A DNA stretch of 64,000 nt. It comes from Nemertoderma westbladi (Eukaryota; Animalia; Xenacoelomorpha). Made by a program: the position numbers and the translations under genes. Shown here one piece after another: positions 1 through 11,058 of the stretch. The DNA lies in assembly GCA_032718475.1 (NCBI GenBank), contig JAUCBJ010006873.1, positions 1 to 64,000 of the forward strand. The letters are read 5' to 3'. The notes under the pieces were generated by a model, which was given only the letters and a program-made list of their open reading frames with translations, was not told where the DNA came from and did no database searches. Within the stretch, counting starts at the first letter, position 1; each line of letters opens with the position of its first letter.

Positions 1-666
1 TAAGGCCGACATAAAGTATTTAAGGTGAGACTTACAGATAAGGCCGAACTAAAGTATTTAAGGTGGGACTTACAGATAAGGCCTAACTAAAGTATTTAAG
101 GTGAGACTTACAGATAAGGCCGAACTAAAGTATTTAAGGTGGGACTTACAGATAAGGCCTAACTAAAGTATTTAAGGTGAGACTTACAGATAAGGCCGAA
201 CTAAAGTATTTAAGGTGAGACTTACAGATAAGGCTGAACTAAAGTATTTAAGGTGAGACTTACAGATAAGGCCTAACTAAAGTTTTTAAGGTGAGACTTA
301 CAGATAACGCCGAACTAAAGTATTTAAGGTGAGACTTACAGATAAGGCCGATCTAAAGTATTTAAGGTGAGACTAACATATAAGGCCGACCTAAAGTATT
401 TAAGGTGAGACTTAAAGATAAGGCCGAACTAAAGTATTTAAGGTGAGACTTACATATAAGGCCGAACTAAAGTATTTAAGGTGAGACTTACAGATAAGGC
501 CGAACAAAAGTATTTAAGGTGAGACTACAGATAAGGCCTAACTAAAGTTTTTAAGGTGAGACTTACAGATAAGGCCGAACTAAAGTATTAAGGTGAGACT
601 TACAGATAAGGCCGAACTAAAGTATTTAAGGTGAGACTTACATATAAGGCCGACCTAAAGTATTTA
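1..666. repeat. 38-bp tandem repeat (~17.5 copies; runs off the window start)
   Basis: Unit TAAGGCCGAACTAAAGTATTTAAGGTGAGACTTACAGA, made of two 19-bp halves that each start TAAGG. Confidence 0.95.
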
Positions 667-965
667 AAGCCCACTTTGAAAAGCTCCTCAATAATGACAG
701 GGTATTGCCTGATAACTTCATAGAAGTAAAAGTGTCTGAGTCTGTACTCCCAGATATTCCCATCGGCAATATCTCCTTTGCAGAAGTGAAGGCTGCTGCA
801 AAGAGCATTAAGACCAATCGTGCCAGTGGAGTAGATGGTGTTCCCCCTGAGGTCTTTAAAATACCTGAGTGTTTAAAGCTCATCTATCCCATCATAGTAG
901 ACATGTACCGAACAACAAGAGTCCCACAAGAAATGAAAACAAATAAGTTGGTGCCAGTTCCCAAG
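667..965 (+). mobile_element. Internal fragment of the RTE LINE (RT N-terminal region)
   Basis: Near-identical to ~13038-13333; encodes ISFAEVKAAAKSIKTNRASGVDGVPPEVFK. Confidence 0.9.
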
Positions 966-1156
966 TAAGTTGTCCGTTGAATAATTTGGGATTCCAAAAT
1001 GGATTCCCGACATAATGGGCACTTAGGGTCGCCTTCGGAAAGGATTGGTGTAATGCACTTCTGATGGTAAATGTGCCGACATGGACCCAACTTGATTAAG
1101 GAATGACGCGACATTGTGAACTGGCAAACAGCACAGTTATCCTTATATTTCTGCAT
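966..1156 (-). pseudogene. RING-H2 finger coding fragment, cut off by the LINE fragment
   Basis: CAVC-x14-CRHIYHQKC-x11-CPLC fits C3H2C3 RING-H2; the frame then runs into antisense LINE sequence at 965. Confidence 0.7.
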
Positions 1157-1254
1157 ATCGTTTTGTTTTTTTAGTATAATATATATGTGTACATAAGAAT
1201 ACAATTTTTATTTATAGTAATAACTGCTTTGAGCGTCTATGGTGGAGAAGCGCT

Positions 1255-1469
1255 GATGGCATAACGAAACGAATCGAAAGAAATTATAAGAACAAAATGT
1301 AGCCACGGGCGGAACTATATGAGCAATTTTTATATAATGATTTTGGATATTTTTTAAATGTAGCCACGGCCGGAACCCCAACCGAAATTTAAATTTCGAT
1401 TCGTTTTCGTTACGCGTTTAACAATCCGATCAAATATTCGCTTCGTTTCGTTTCGTTATGCCATCCCTA
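1255..1469. mobile_element. MITE with ~20-bp terminal inverted repeats (hAT-like end)
   Basis: GATGGCATAACGAAACGAA at 1255 vs TTCGTTTCGTTATGCCATC ending 1465, followed by CCTA; internal direct repeat AAATGTAGCCACGG. Confidence 0.65.
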
Positions 1470-2956
1470 TGGAAAAGTACCTATTTCGAGCCTACTATTT
1501 TCGAATGTCGGATGGTGTGTTATTAGTTTTAATACCGTCCATAAAAACATGCCATGTCCAGTTTCCATGTGTTATTAATATTATATGACATTATATTCAC
1601 ACCTCCACCCCCCCCCCCCCCCCACCCCTTTGTCCACCTCCTCGCGCGCATATCCCCCCCCCCCCCCCTAATTTTTTATATTAGCTATTTTTTTTATGTT
1701 CTAGAACATATTATCTATTCATTTAATATAAAATATAAAACTTTTGTTCTAGAAAAAATATATAATTTGTTAATCTTTTTAATTTTTGATTGTATGTTAT
1801 CGGTACTGGTATAGCCTGGGTGACCATTTTTGACCAATTTTAATTAATCAATTAGATACTTCCACGGCATTTTTTTGAAAACTTTTTTCTTAAATATGGT
1901 TTGCTAACTTCGATTTAGTGGTAGCTTGTAAATTTTTTTTGGTAGCTAGTGTTTCTTTAAGGTAGCTAGTGTTTTTAAAAATACCAAAAAAAAATTATTT
2001 TTCTGCCTTTATTTAAAACTATAGACACCATTTTTCAATAATTTCTAGAATATATTTTTTACTATAGTATAAAAAATACTAGCTAATAAAAAAAACACTA
2101 GCTACCATAAAAATATATACTAAGGTTCTAGAACATTCACCATTATAAAAAAAAACACTCAACTGGGGGTGTTGACAGGGCGAAGTACCGGTAGTACTTA
2201 TTAAAAAATACCTCATTATCCATTTTGCCCAGTTCCATTTAGATGTTCTATATTTTCAAATAGCTAAACATTGTAGAATAATGAATTCATAATCGGAGGA
2301 AGCGTTGGGTTTAGCACATCATCCTACAGTCGTCTATTAGCTTGCAAAACTTTAGGACGCATTGATGTAAAGTAAACTGCACAAAATCCTACAGAGAATA
2401 ATCAAATGCGATAATATTAGTTCTAGAACATTATTTCCATGGTACAAATAGGCAATTCTTCGTTACGATTATAATTGATATATTTATTCGTCTCGACGGA
2501 ATTCACGGTACCCGTGTATCTCAGAAAAGTGAAAAAAGTTTTGTCTGTGTTTATGTAGGCATGGCGGGATCCATTCCACTTCACGTGTACGATAGTTCGT
2601 TAGTAATAAACGTTAACAGTTCTCTTTAAGGGTAATGTTTTTTACTTTAGTTTAGATTGAAAGACGTTAGTACGTGTGGGACATTTATTATAGATTGGGG
2701 GGACCTGCAACCGCACGTGAGATTAGAAGTAACACTCGAAGTAAGAACCAACAAACAACGTGATTTATAAATATTAATAGGCGTTTATGATTAAGGAAAC
2801 GCATTGCACTAACATTCCTTTAGAATTAACAGATTGCCAAGTAACTACCAATTCTATTATCATAAACACAAATAAAATAGCAGAAAGCTTCTGGAACATT
2901 TGGTTTCCAAGAGATACCAAGAGATAGGTACTGTTAAAGACATGATTCCTATATAA

Positions 2957-3197
2957 GTTTCTGAATTACATATTACGGTTTCTGAATTACATATTACGCT
3001 TTCTGAATTACATATTACGCTTTCTGATTTACATATTACGGTTCTGAATTACATATTACACTTTCTGAATTACATATTACGGTTCTGAATTACATATTAC
3101 GCTTTCTGATTTACATATTACGGTTCTGAATTACATATTACACTTTCTGAATTACATATTACGGTTCTGAATTACATATTACGCTTTCTGAATTACA
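2957..3197. repeat. 20-21-bp minisatellite (~11 copies)
   Basis: Unit TTTCTGAATTACATATTACGC/G. Confidence 0.95.
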
Positions 3198-3307
3198 TCT
3201 TGAAAAGGTGTAGTAGACAACTAGTCCATTAGACAACTGTTCAATATGTAATACAAAACTCACAAATATCTATTAAATATATATTAATTAAAATTTGACG
3301 GACATGT

Positions 3308-3500
3308 TGACAGACAGACAGACATACAAACAGACAGACAAACTGAGAGACAGACTGAGATACAGACATAGTGATTAGATAATTCAAAATATTAAAACAG
3401 ACATCGACATTAAGAAAAATCCTAACAGTAAACATTTCAGATTGCTTATTTTATTACCTTTTTAATATTTCGATGGACAGACAGACAGACATACAGACGG
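3308..3500. repeat. Two imperfect (GACA)n microsatellite patches
   Basis: gacagacagacagacatacaaacagacagac at ~3309-3365 and ~3476-3498. Confidence 0.7.
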
Positions 3501-3690
3501 AAAACCAGCCATTACTCGAGAAGTAAAAGAGATCTCGCTAAGCCGTTTCCAGATTTGAAATCCGCATTAAATTCTACTCTAGATGAAATAAAAAAACAAA
3601 AAACGAAAATTTTGACCTGAGGGGGGGTGTACCCCCCCCTTAAGTTAACATGTGCTAATTATATGAAAAGCCATACTCAATATATGAGTA

Positions 3691-4137
3691 TGTTGCAGAA
3701 ACTTGTTGCTGCAACTTGTTTCTGCAACTTATTTCCGAAACTTGTTTCAGCAACTTGTTGCTGGCCCCCCCTCACACACAGAAACTTGTTGCTCAAGAAA
3801 ATAACAATTATTTCAAAACAAATAGCTAACATGTCCAGTCATATATAAATAATATCAAATCGCTGCATTTATCGAATATTACTGTAGCTATAATATAAAA
3901 ATTGGATGTAAAAAAGTTTTTTAAAAAAGTTGCTGGACCCCCTCACACACAGAAATAAGTTTCTGAAACAAGTTGCAGCAACTTGTTGCTGGACTCCTCA
4001 CACACAGAAACAAGTTGCAGCAACAAGTTTCTGTGTGTGAGGGGGTCCAGCAACAAGTTTCTGTGTGTGAGGGGGTCCAGCAACAAGTTTCAGAAACAAG
4101 TTGCAGAAACAAGTTGCTCCGTGTGAGGAGGGCCTAA
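3691..4137. mobile_element. Foldback MITE with repetitive inverted arms (PIF/Harbinger-like right end)
   Basis: Left arm AACTTGTTGCTG/AACTTGTTTCTG units are mirrored by CAGCAACAAGTT units; ends ...GTGTGAGGAGGGCC TAA; left terminus truncated. Confidence 0.6.
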
Positions 4138-4141
4138 AAGT

Positions 4142-4318
4142 TGTGTTTGCTTCCCCTGCAAGCCTTTTATTATATTTAATAAATTCACAATATTCTGGAA
4201 CATTTTGTTTATCTCATAAGTAACTGGGAAACAATGCAATACCTATATAAAATACTACTGTAGCATGTGGATATTCATACTTAAGCAAAAAGTATGGTCT
4301 GCAGGGGAAGCAAATACA
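4142..4318. repeat. Inverted repeat pair, probable MITE remnant
   Basis: TGTGTTTGCTTCCCCTGCA vs TGCAGGGGAAGCAAATACA. Confidence 0.55.
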
Positions 4319-5147
4319 TGCAACATTCGAATGCTCATATCTCAGCTATTTCCCAACCAAATTCAAATATTTTTACATAATATTTGGAATCCTCGCGCGA
4401 CCAGCTTTCTATTGTACCAACTATTGATACGCTATAAGGTTGAAGAATAACCGCAGTACGACTGACGCAATATCGATGCAGACTCCTTTTTTAAACACTT
4501 GTAGCTAAACAATGAAAGCAAAAATAAAAATTAAGACTCACACACTAAGGAGAAGGGATCTGAAACTATTTATGTTACATTCAAATGCCATGAATCTAAT
4601 AAAGATTTGTAGAAAAAGTTGGGGGGGGGGGGGGGGGGGGCAGGTGCCTAAAATGTACAGTAAACAACGTCTAAAAAAAGACTTGGTGAGTTGGTGAGCA
4701 TTTTCTCGACGTACACCCTGGGCAACATAGTATCGCACAGCCATTCACAATTCGTATAGTTCGCACATGCAAAGACTGGGCAGATAGGAAAATAAGTGAG
4801 AAACATTTCATCCAGCAATTACACCCCACACTCAATACACAGTACGTGCAACCACATAACACTGGCTGGTAGGTAATGCCGGTAAATATAACACTTTTCT
4901 GATTTGCACGTAATTTAATAATTTTTTCGGACGCAAAATTTGTAATATTTAAATTTCTTCGGCTCTAAATTACATTATATCCCGTTTTGTCATACTGTAT
5001 GTTTGCGTTATACTTTAGTTCAGTGCTCTTCGTTCATTGTACATACAGTAGTGGTGCAGTCAGACAGTAGCAGTAGTATTGTAGTAAGTAGTACCGGTAG
5101 CTGGTTGACAGTAGTCTAGTTTTTTACATTTGTGAGTAATCTCCGTA

Positions 5148-5220
5148 TGCCCTGATGAAGGCCTGTATTTATATTATTGTTTGTTTTGCAATCTATAATA
5201 TAGTGGCTGAAATATTGGCA
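5148..5220 (+). ncRNA. Minimal type I hammerhead ribozyme motif (Penelope pLTR-like)
   Basis: TGCC-CTGATGA-A-GGCC...GGCT-GAAA-TATT-GGCA: stem I TGCC/GGCA, stem II GGCC/GGCT extended by TATATTAT/ATAATATA, palindromic ATAT in place of stem III. Confidence 0.6.
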
Positions 5221-5221
5221 A

Positions 5222-6283
5222 CTAAATTTTCTCTCGGTCATTCGATAATAGATCAGTCTCAACCTCCCCCCATTGATATGAATCCGCTTTTGCAAATTCT
5301 ATTCGAACCTGATTCAGTAATGCTATATGATCAATAGCAGACTTACTTATTGAAGTTGCATTGTCTAATGCACTTATATTATCAGTAAGTATATTTCCTA
5401 TATTTGGCCCTCTGCCAAACATTATTTGATGTGGTGAAAATCCATTATTAGCAGGCCAGGCATTTTTAACAAAGGAAGCCATTTGCAAAATCTTATAATC
5501 TTTATAAGTTGGATTTTCCATCTTTATCCTTTGATATATTTCCTTGATGAGGCCATTATGACGCTCGGTCATACCATTGCTAAATGGTGAGTATGGGGCA
5601 GTTACCTCGTGAAAGACATTGAGTTTGTTGCAGAATTCTGTGAAACTAAGGGCACTGAATTCTCCACCATTATCACTCCTCATTACTCTGTTTGGAGGTC
5701 CAAATATAAGGCACCATTTATCAAGAATTGCAATTTGGACGGATTCTGAGAGTTTATTAGGTAATAAGACAGTCATGCTAAATCTTGAAAATAAATCAAT
5801 TATGTGTAACACAGGTTTAGTGATTGACAGAAAGAAAAGGTCAAGTCCGATTACATCATTAGTAGTATTGGCTACAGGTAACCCCACAATAGGATTACTA
5901 GGCTTTCTGCCAATACATTTGCATGTTTCGCAACTGTTGGTGACTTGTTGCACAATGTCATTGTAATTGTTGCCACAGTTGGCTATAGAATCTTGAATTA
6001 ATTTTATTAATATTTCCTTTCGAGGGTGGGCAAACTGTTTATGTAACTTTGATACATCTGCATAGGAAAGCTGTATTTTATCAGGTTTAGAATTATAAGT
6101 TAGTAATTCATTTGCTTCAGATTGATCTTTTGTGTGTATGGTTGTAGAATAACTAGAAGAAGGTGGTGAGATATTAATAGCACTATGACCTGATGATAAT
6201 TCAATAAGGTGAATTTGTTTGCCATTAACAAAAGCCATGTTTTCTTTAACATGTAATATCATATCTAGCTTTGCCAGTGTTGC
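5222..6283 (-). mobile_element. Copia-like (GalEa-like) pol fragment: protease C-terminal end plus integrase, in frame with GPCR exon 2
   Basis: KLHKQFAHP...CETC (HHCC), IGLDLFF, RSDNGGEF-x-SNGMTERHN (D-35-E); the order protease tail (IELSSGH) then integrase is Copia-type; junction position approximate. Confidence 0.85.
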
Positions 6284-7130
6284 AGCGGCGTTTATGGATG
6301 GACTCGGTTGCTGAGACAACTGCGCAGTTTCCACAGGAATGACTTGGAGTTCATGATCCTCCCAGTTATCCACAGAAACACCTTCATCCTCCTCTTCTTC
6401 TACAGTAGATGGGGATCTTTCTTTTATCCTGAACGACGGCCATGTTATTCTAGATCTTTTGATTGAACTTTTGAGGCCAGATGCATTTTCGTCTGCTACA
6501 GATTTATCAAAATTATATTCTACAGCGTGAATGTCAACATCCGCTTCATGATTCTTCACTGTTTCCTCTGTGTCATTGTCAGGGTTTCGGCTCTTCAAGT
6601 TGTTATGCTTCTCTTCGAATCCGCTACTGGATGTGTTTATTGTGATAGACGGTAATACCGCTTCAACGATGTTTGGCTCTCGCGATACCTGCGTTGTAAT
6701 TGTACCGGGTGGCGATGAACTTGTGTCAGATATTCCACGACGAATCAACGCAACCTCTGCATATTGACCCCCAATACCACCGATCTGTGTAGTGCATTGA
6801 TGTAGAGCTGCTATCGTAGATTTTTTACCCCTGACTTTGCGTTTTATTCTTCTAGCGATGGCGAATATCTTGTAGTAGATCACTAGTATTATCGGTAGCG
6901 GTATCCAGTACACAAATACCGCTACTGCTGTTGTCACATAAGGGTTGTCGTTGTACTGGGTGTAGCAATCAGTCTCACTTACGGTTCTCATACCCACGAA
7001 ATATGGCCACCCTATGATTACAACAGAGAAGGTCACCAATGCCGTTATCCATGTTCCTATTATTGTGATAACCGCTATGGTTTTGTTCATGTTGTTTCGG
7101 TAGGAAACCGTGTTGCTAACACTCCAATAC
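5222..7130 (-). CDS. GPCR exon 2 (end of DRY, TM4, ECL2, TM5, ICL3), open through the integrase to the stop at 5222
   Basis: Acceptor tttgtttcag|G at 7131/7130; YWSVSNTVSYR, TM4 GTWITALVTFSVVIIGWPYF, ECL2 Cys (DCYTQY), TM5 VYWIPLPIILVIYYKIF. Confidence 0.85.
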
Positions 7131-8239
7131 CTGAAACAAAGTTGAGTAGTAATTACACATTGTGAAACATGGACAAAATTATGATTATTAGTAAATAATA
7201 ATTTATTTGATATATATTGGACTTACACCAACTCTTCCGTTATTTCGTATTTTTATCTAAATAAAGAGTTTTGATCACCTTTGAAGTGTTTAAAGAATGA
7301 TAAATCAATTTTCACTTGCAGTTAATATAAAGTTAAAATTATACAGATTGTATATATTTGATAGATGACAAAATAGGGGATGGGGCATTTTGTTATTATA
7401 GATCAATATCCTGACATCAGAACTGTAATCGGATCTATTTTTGTTTAATTTCCACTAATGAAATTTACTTTCTCTTATCTTTAATTATCCCATGGCTTCG
7501 TAATTTCCAATAATAGGAATTGACGTTAAGTAATATAAGTAACCAACTCTTTGGTAATAAATACTCTTGCAAATAATTCCAGTGGAAGAAGTAAAGGGAA
7601 AATGGGTAAATTACTTCTCTGTAGGAAAGTAGTGGGATGTACCTGTTTGTTGGCCAAACTGCAGCCTAGTTGGTGAACTAATCAACGGCCAAGCAGATAA
7701 TCAGTTTTTAATCCTTTGGCTGCTGTTCCTGGGCTCGGGGCAGCGCCTTGTTCCCCGGGTTCCAGGACATTTCTTTTACAATCAGTTGTAATTTAACTAA
7801 TTTGCGAAACCTAATTTAGTTTCTGTTCAAAGAGAATAGCTAATTTTCGAGTATGTTTTTATTCTCTCACACTAATCAACTATTGTCTGGTTCTCTTTCA
7901 CCAAATGGATGTGAGAAGAGATGACAGAGAGGTCCGCATATACACCACTCCGAATTTTGTATTTCTCAATTCCTAAAACGAGCTAAGGGTTTAACATGGC
8001 GAGAATTCCATTTTGGCGAATCAATAATATGACGTTTCTGCGTTTTATGATCAAATAAGTGAAAGGAGCAGTTTACAGTGACACATATACCAACCAACAT
8101 ACTAAAATAATTATTTTGATTATAGTCGAAATTGACTTTGCTTTCACTTTCGATGTTAGATAAAGTTAATATCAAAATGTATCAATAATGATGTATTATC
8201 GTAGTTTTATATTATTTTATAAGTTGGTTGTATGCCATA

Positions 8240-8474
8240 AGAAGGCGGGGTAGCTCAGTTGGTTGAGCGCCGGGCCTGCAATCTAATGGTTGTAGGTTCA
8301 GCCCCGCCAGGGTCCACTCAGCCTTTCATCCACTGGGGTCGATAAAATGAGTACCAGTTAAATAACTGGGAGCAAATCTTGGGATAGGAGTAGCGCCCAC
8401 CCCTACCCTCGGGTAGCAGCTATCGAAAGAGGAGCCTTCGGGTCGCCTCCGGCTTCGGCCGACTGTTTGCTTGC
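8240..8474 (+). mobile_element. tRNA-derived SINE with conserved central domain and 12-bp TSD
   Basis: A box TAGCTCAGTTGG, B box GGTTCAAGCCC, central CCACTCAGCCTTTCATCC...GTCGATAAAATGAGTACCAG, (TTGC)n tail; TSD TTGTATGCCATA at 8228-8239 and 8475-8486. Confidence 0.9.
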
Positions 8475-8689
8475 TTGTATGCCATAGTCTTGGATCTATT
8501 AATTTTCGATACCTTATATGTAAATACACCAATATACCGGTAGTAAATATAATTATCGGAATAAAATAAATACCATTAAAATATCAAACATTTGTCTGAA
8601 ACTCGTTTCTTATTAGTTAGTATATAAGACGATGTGGGGGTCTGCTAATTCTTCCAGTTCTAGTTATCATAGGGTCGGAAGTAGGAAGG

Positions 8690-11047
8690 TTACGAGCTGC
8701 AGTTCCATTATTATTACATGAGTTGACTGTGTGACAGTATTATCTGTTAGAAATCCTTTGGGTAATAATTCGGGTTGAATTGGTCTAATGAAGATTCTAT
8801 TTCGCCAGAGTACACCTGTGGAGTGGAGGTAAACTCTAGTCTGTACAGGCAATGATTATTGGAACCAACTACTGTGGCTAATTTATCCCATCTCCGAGAT
8901 AATGGATTTTGAACAATGACTGTTGAACGGTCATGAAGAATGGTCATAATAATACTTTCGTTTTTCAGCAGTTTGTAAACGGTTCTGATCAGCTATATTT
9001 GTATCCATCTGCCAATCTGCATCATAGGACCGCCAATGAGTAGGTATTAAAGATCTGAATGGGTGATCGAAAACGATTGGGCTGGTGATAAACCATCTTG
9101 ATAAGGCGTATTGCGTAATTCTAGAAGGCCTGTTAAGAATTCCTGTGAATGGATATCACCGCCTGTTTTGGCTAATAAATAATTATTTTTTTTACATTAC
9201 TTTCGGCATGTCCGTTTCCTCTTGGATAATATGTGGAAGACAGCTCCCATTTTACTCCCAATTCACTTAGGAAACGCTGCATTTCCTCTGCTTTAAATTG
9301 TTGGCCATGATCTGATGTTAAAATGTTGGGTACTCCAAACATTGCAAAATATGATCTAAACCCTGACATAGTGTTGGAAGCAGACAGACAATTATTCAAT
9401 GAATGTACCAAAACATATCCAAAAGTGCGATCGGCATAAATAAGATAATGTTTGTCACTATATTGAAAAAAATCAGTTGAAACTGATTGGAAAACTCTGG
9501 AAGGAACTTCATGGTGTAGCATTGGGTCATTTGGTAGAAGTGGGCGGATTTTTTGGCATTGTAAACAAGATTATACCATGTTTGTAATATCTAATGTGTA
9601 TCCTGTCCAATAAACTGATTGGCATGCGCGTCTTTTCGTTCTACCGATTCCTTGGTGACTAGCATGCAATAGTTTAAGCACATCTCGAATAGGTGATGGT
9701 GGTTTGACAATCTGCGCACCTCGTAAAATAAGCCCATCATCAACTGACAGATCATTGGAGATTTTCTTAAATTGCTGAATGTATTGAATGGAGTGTTTGA
9801 TATTGCAAGAGTTATTTTCTATGGCATCTATTAGGAGTTTGTATTTTTCATCTCATTCGGCCCGATCTTTTAAATTGTTAAGGATAATATCAGGAATTTC
9901 GGCCAATGAAAGATAATTTTCAATAGCATTCATGTATAAGGCTGAACATTCACCAATATTCTCATTATCTACATTGTGGATATGTATATTATGGATTCTG
10001 GATAGGGCATCAGAGACAATGTTTTCTTTGCCTTTCACCCATTTTACAACAAAATTATAACTAGTCAACTTTGAACGACAGTTCAAAACTCGAGTATTTT
10101 CGATATTAACAATGCCATAACTATAAATTTGATTCCAGAGGTTTATTATCTGTTATAATGGTAAACAATTGTAGTCCAGCAAGATAAACATGGCATTTTT
10201 GTATTGACCAATAAATAGCTAGTGATTCTAGTTCGACCATTGCGTATCTCGTCTCAGGTTCTTTTTGGAATCTGCTCCCATATTGTATTAATCGCCACTT
10301 TCCAGCTTTTCAGATTTTGTAATAATACAAATCCAATACCTTGTAACCCTGATACATCAGTTCGTAGAAATGTTTCTGAATTAGGATCGAACATACCTAA
10401 TATAGGAGATGAAGTCAATAATTTGTTCACATTATTGAAGGCCTGTGTATGTTCAGGTATCCACAAAAATTCATTTTTCACCAGCAGAAGAGATAGTTGA
10501 ACTGAATGATCCTAGTTGGTTAATAAGACCTAAAAAAAACTATGGAGGTCTGTACGAGTGGCTGGAGATGGAAATTCTGTAACAGCAATTAACCTTTTGT
10601 TGGTTGTTGGTTGTTGTAACAACTGCTATGTTACCATGGGAGACAGTAAATCCAACAAAGTCGATTTTTTCTGAACAAAGTATTGATTTCGTTTTATTTA
10701 CTGTGAGGTTATAATGTCCACATCTTTCTAAAACTTCACATAGATACTAAAGCTCATATGCTAGGTGATCCAATTCCAATATCATATATTCCTTTCTGAA
10801 TGTTCAAACTAATAAAAGCCTGGTCTCCACGGTAAGAAAACTATCTCCAGTTGATATAAAACCCATTGGAGATCGTAAAAATGTATACTCACCAAATGGT
10901 GTAATAAAGACAGTTAGATCAGGGCTTTGCTGTCTAACGGCATTTGCCAATAACCCTTTATGAGGTTCAACCAGTAAATAATTTATCAGTTGTGGAAAAT
11001 CCAGAAATATACTCTTTTGGGGTTTTTGTATGGTATGAAGTTCGCAT
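8690..11047 (-). mobile_element. Decayed Ty3/Gypsy pol, 3' part (RT, RNase H, integrase)
   Basis: TPFGEYTFLRSPMG (RT); RTDVSGLQGIGFVLLQ and VKGKENIVSDALSR (RNase H); HASHQGI..CLQC, STDFF, SDHGQQF, GNGHAESNVK (integrase); many stops and frameshifts. Confidence 0.85.
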
Positions 11048-11058
11048 GACCTGTTTAT

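Noticed and set aside
8243-8312. tRNA gene
   Set aside because: It is the head of a SINE with body, tail and TSD
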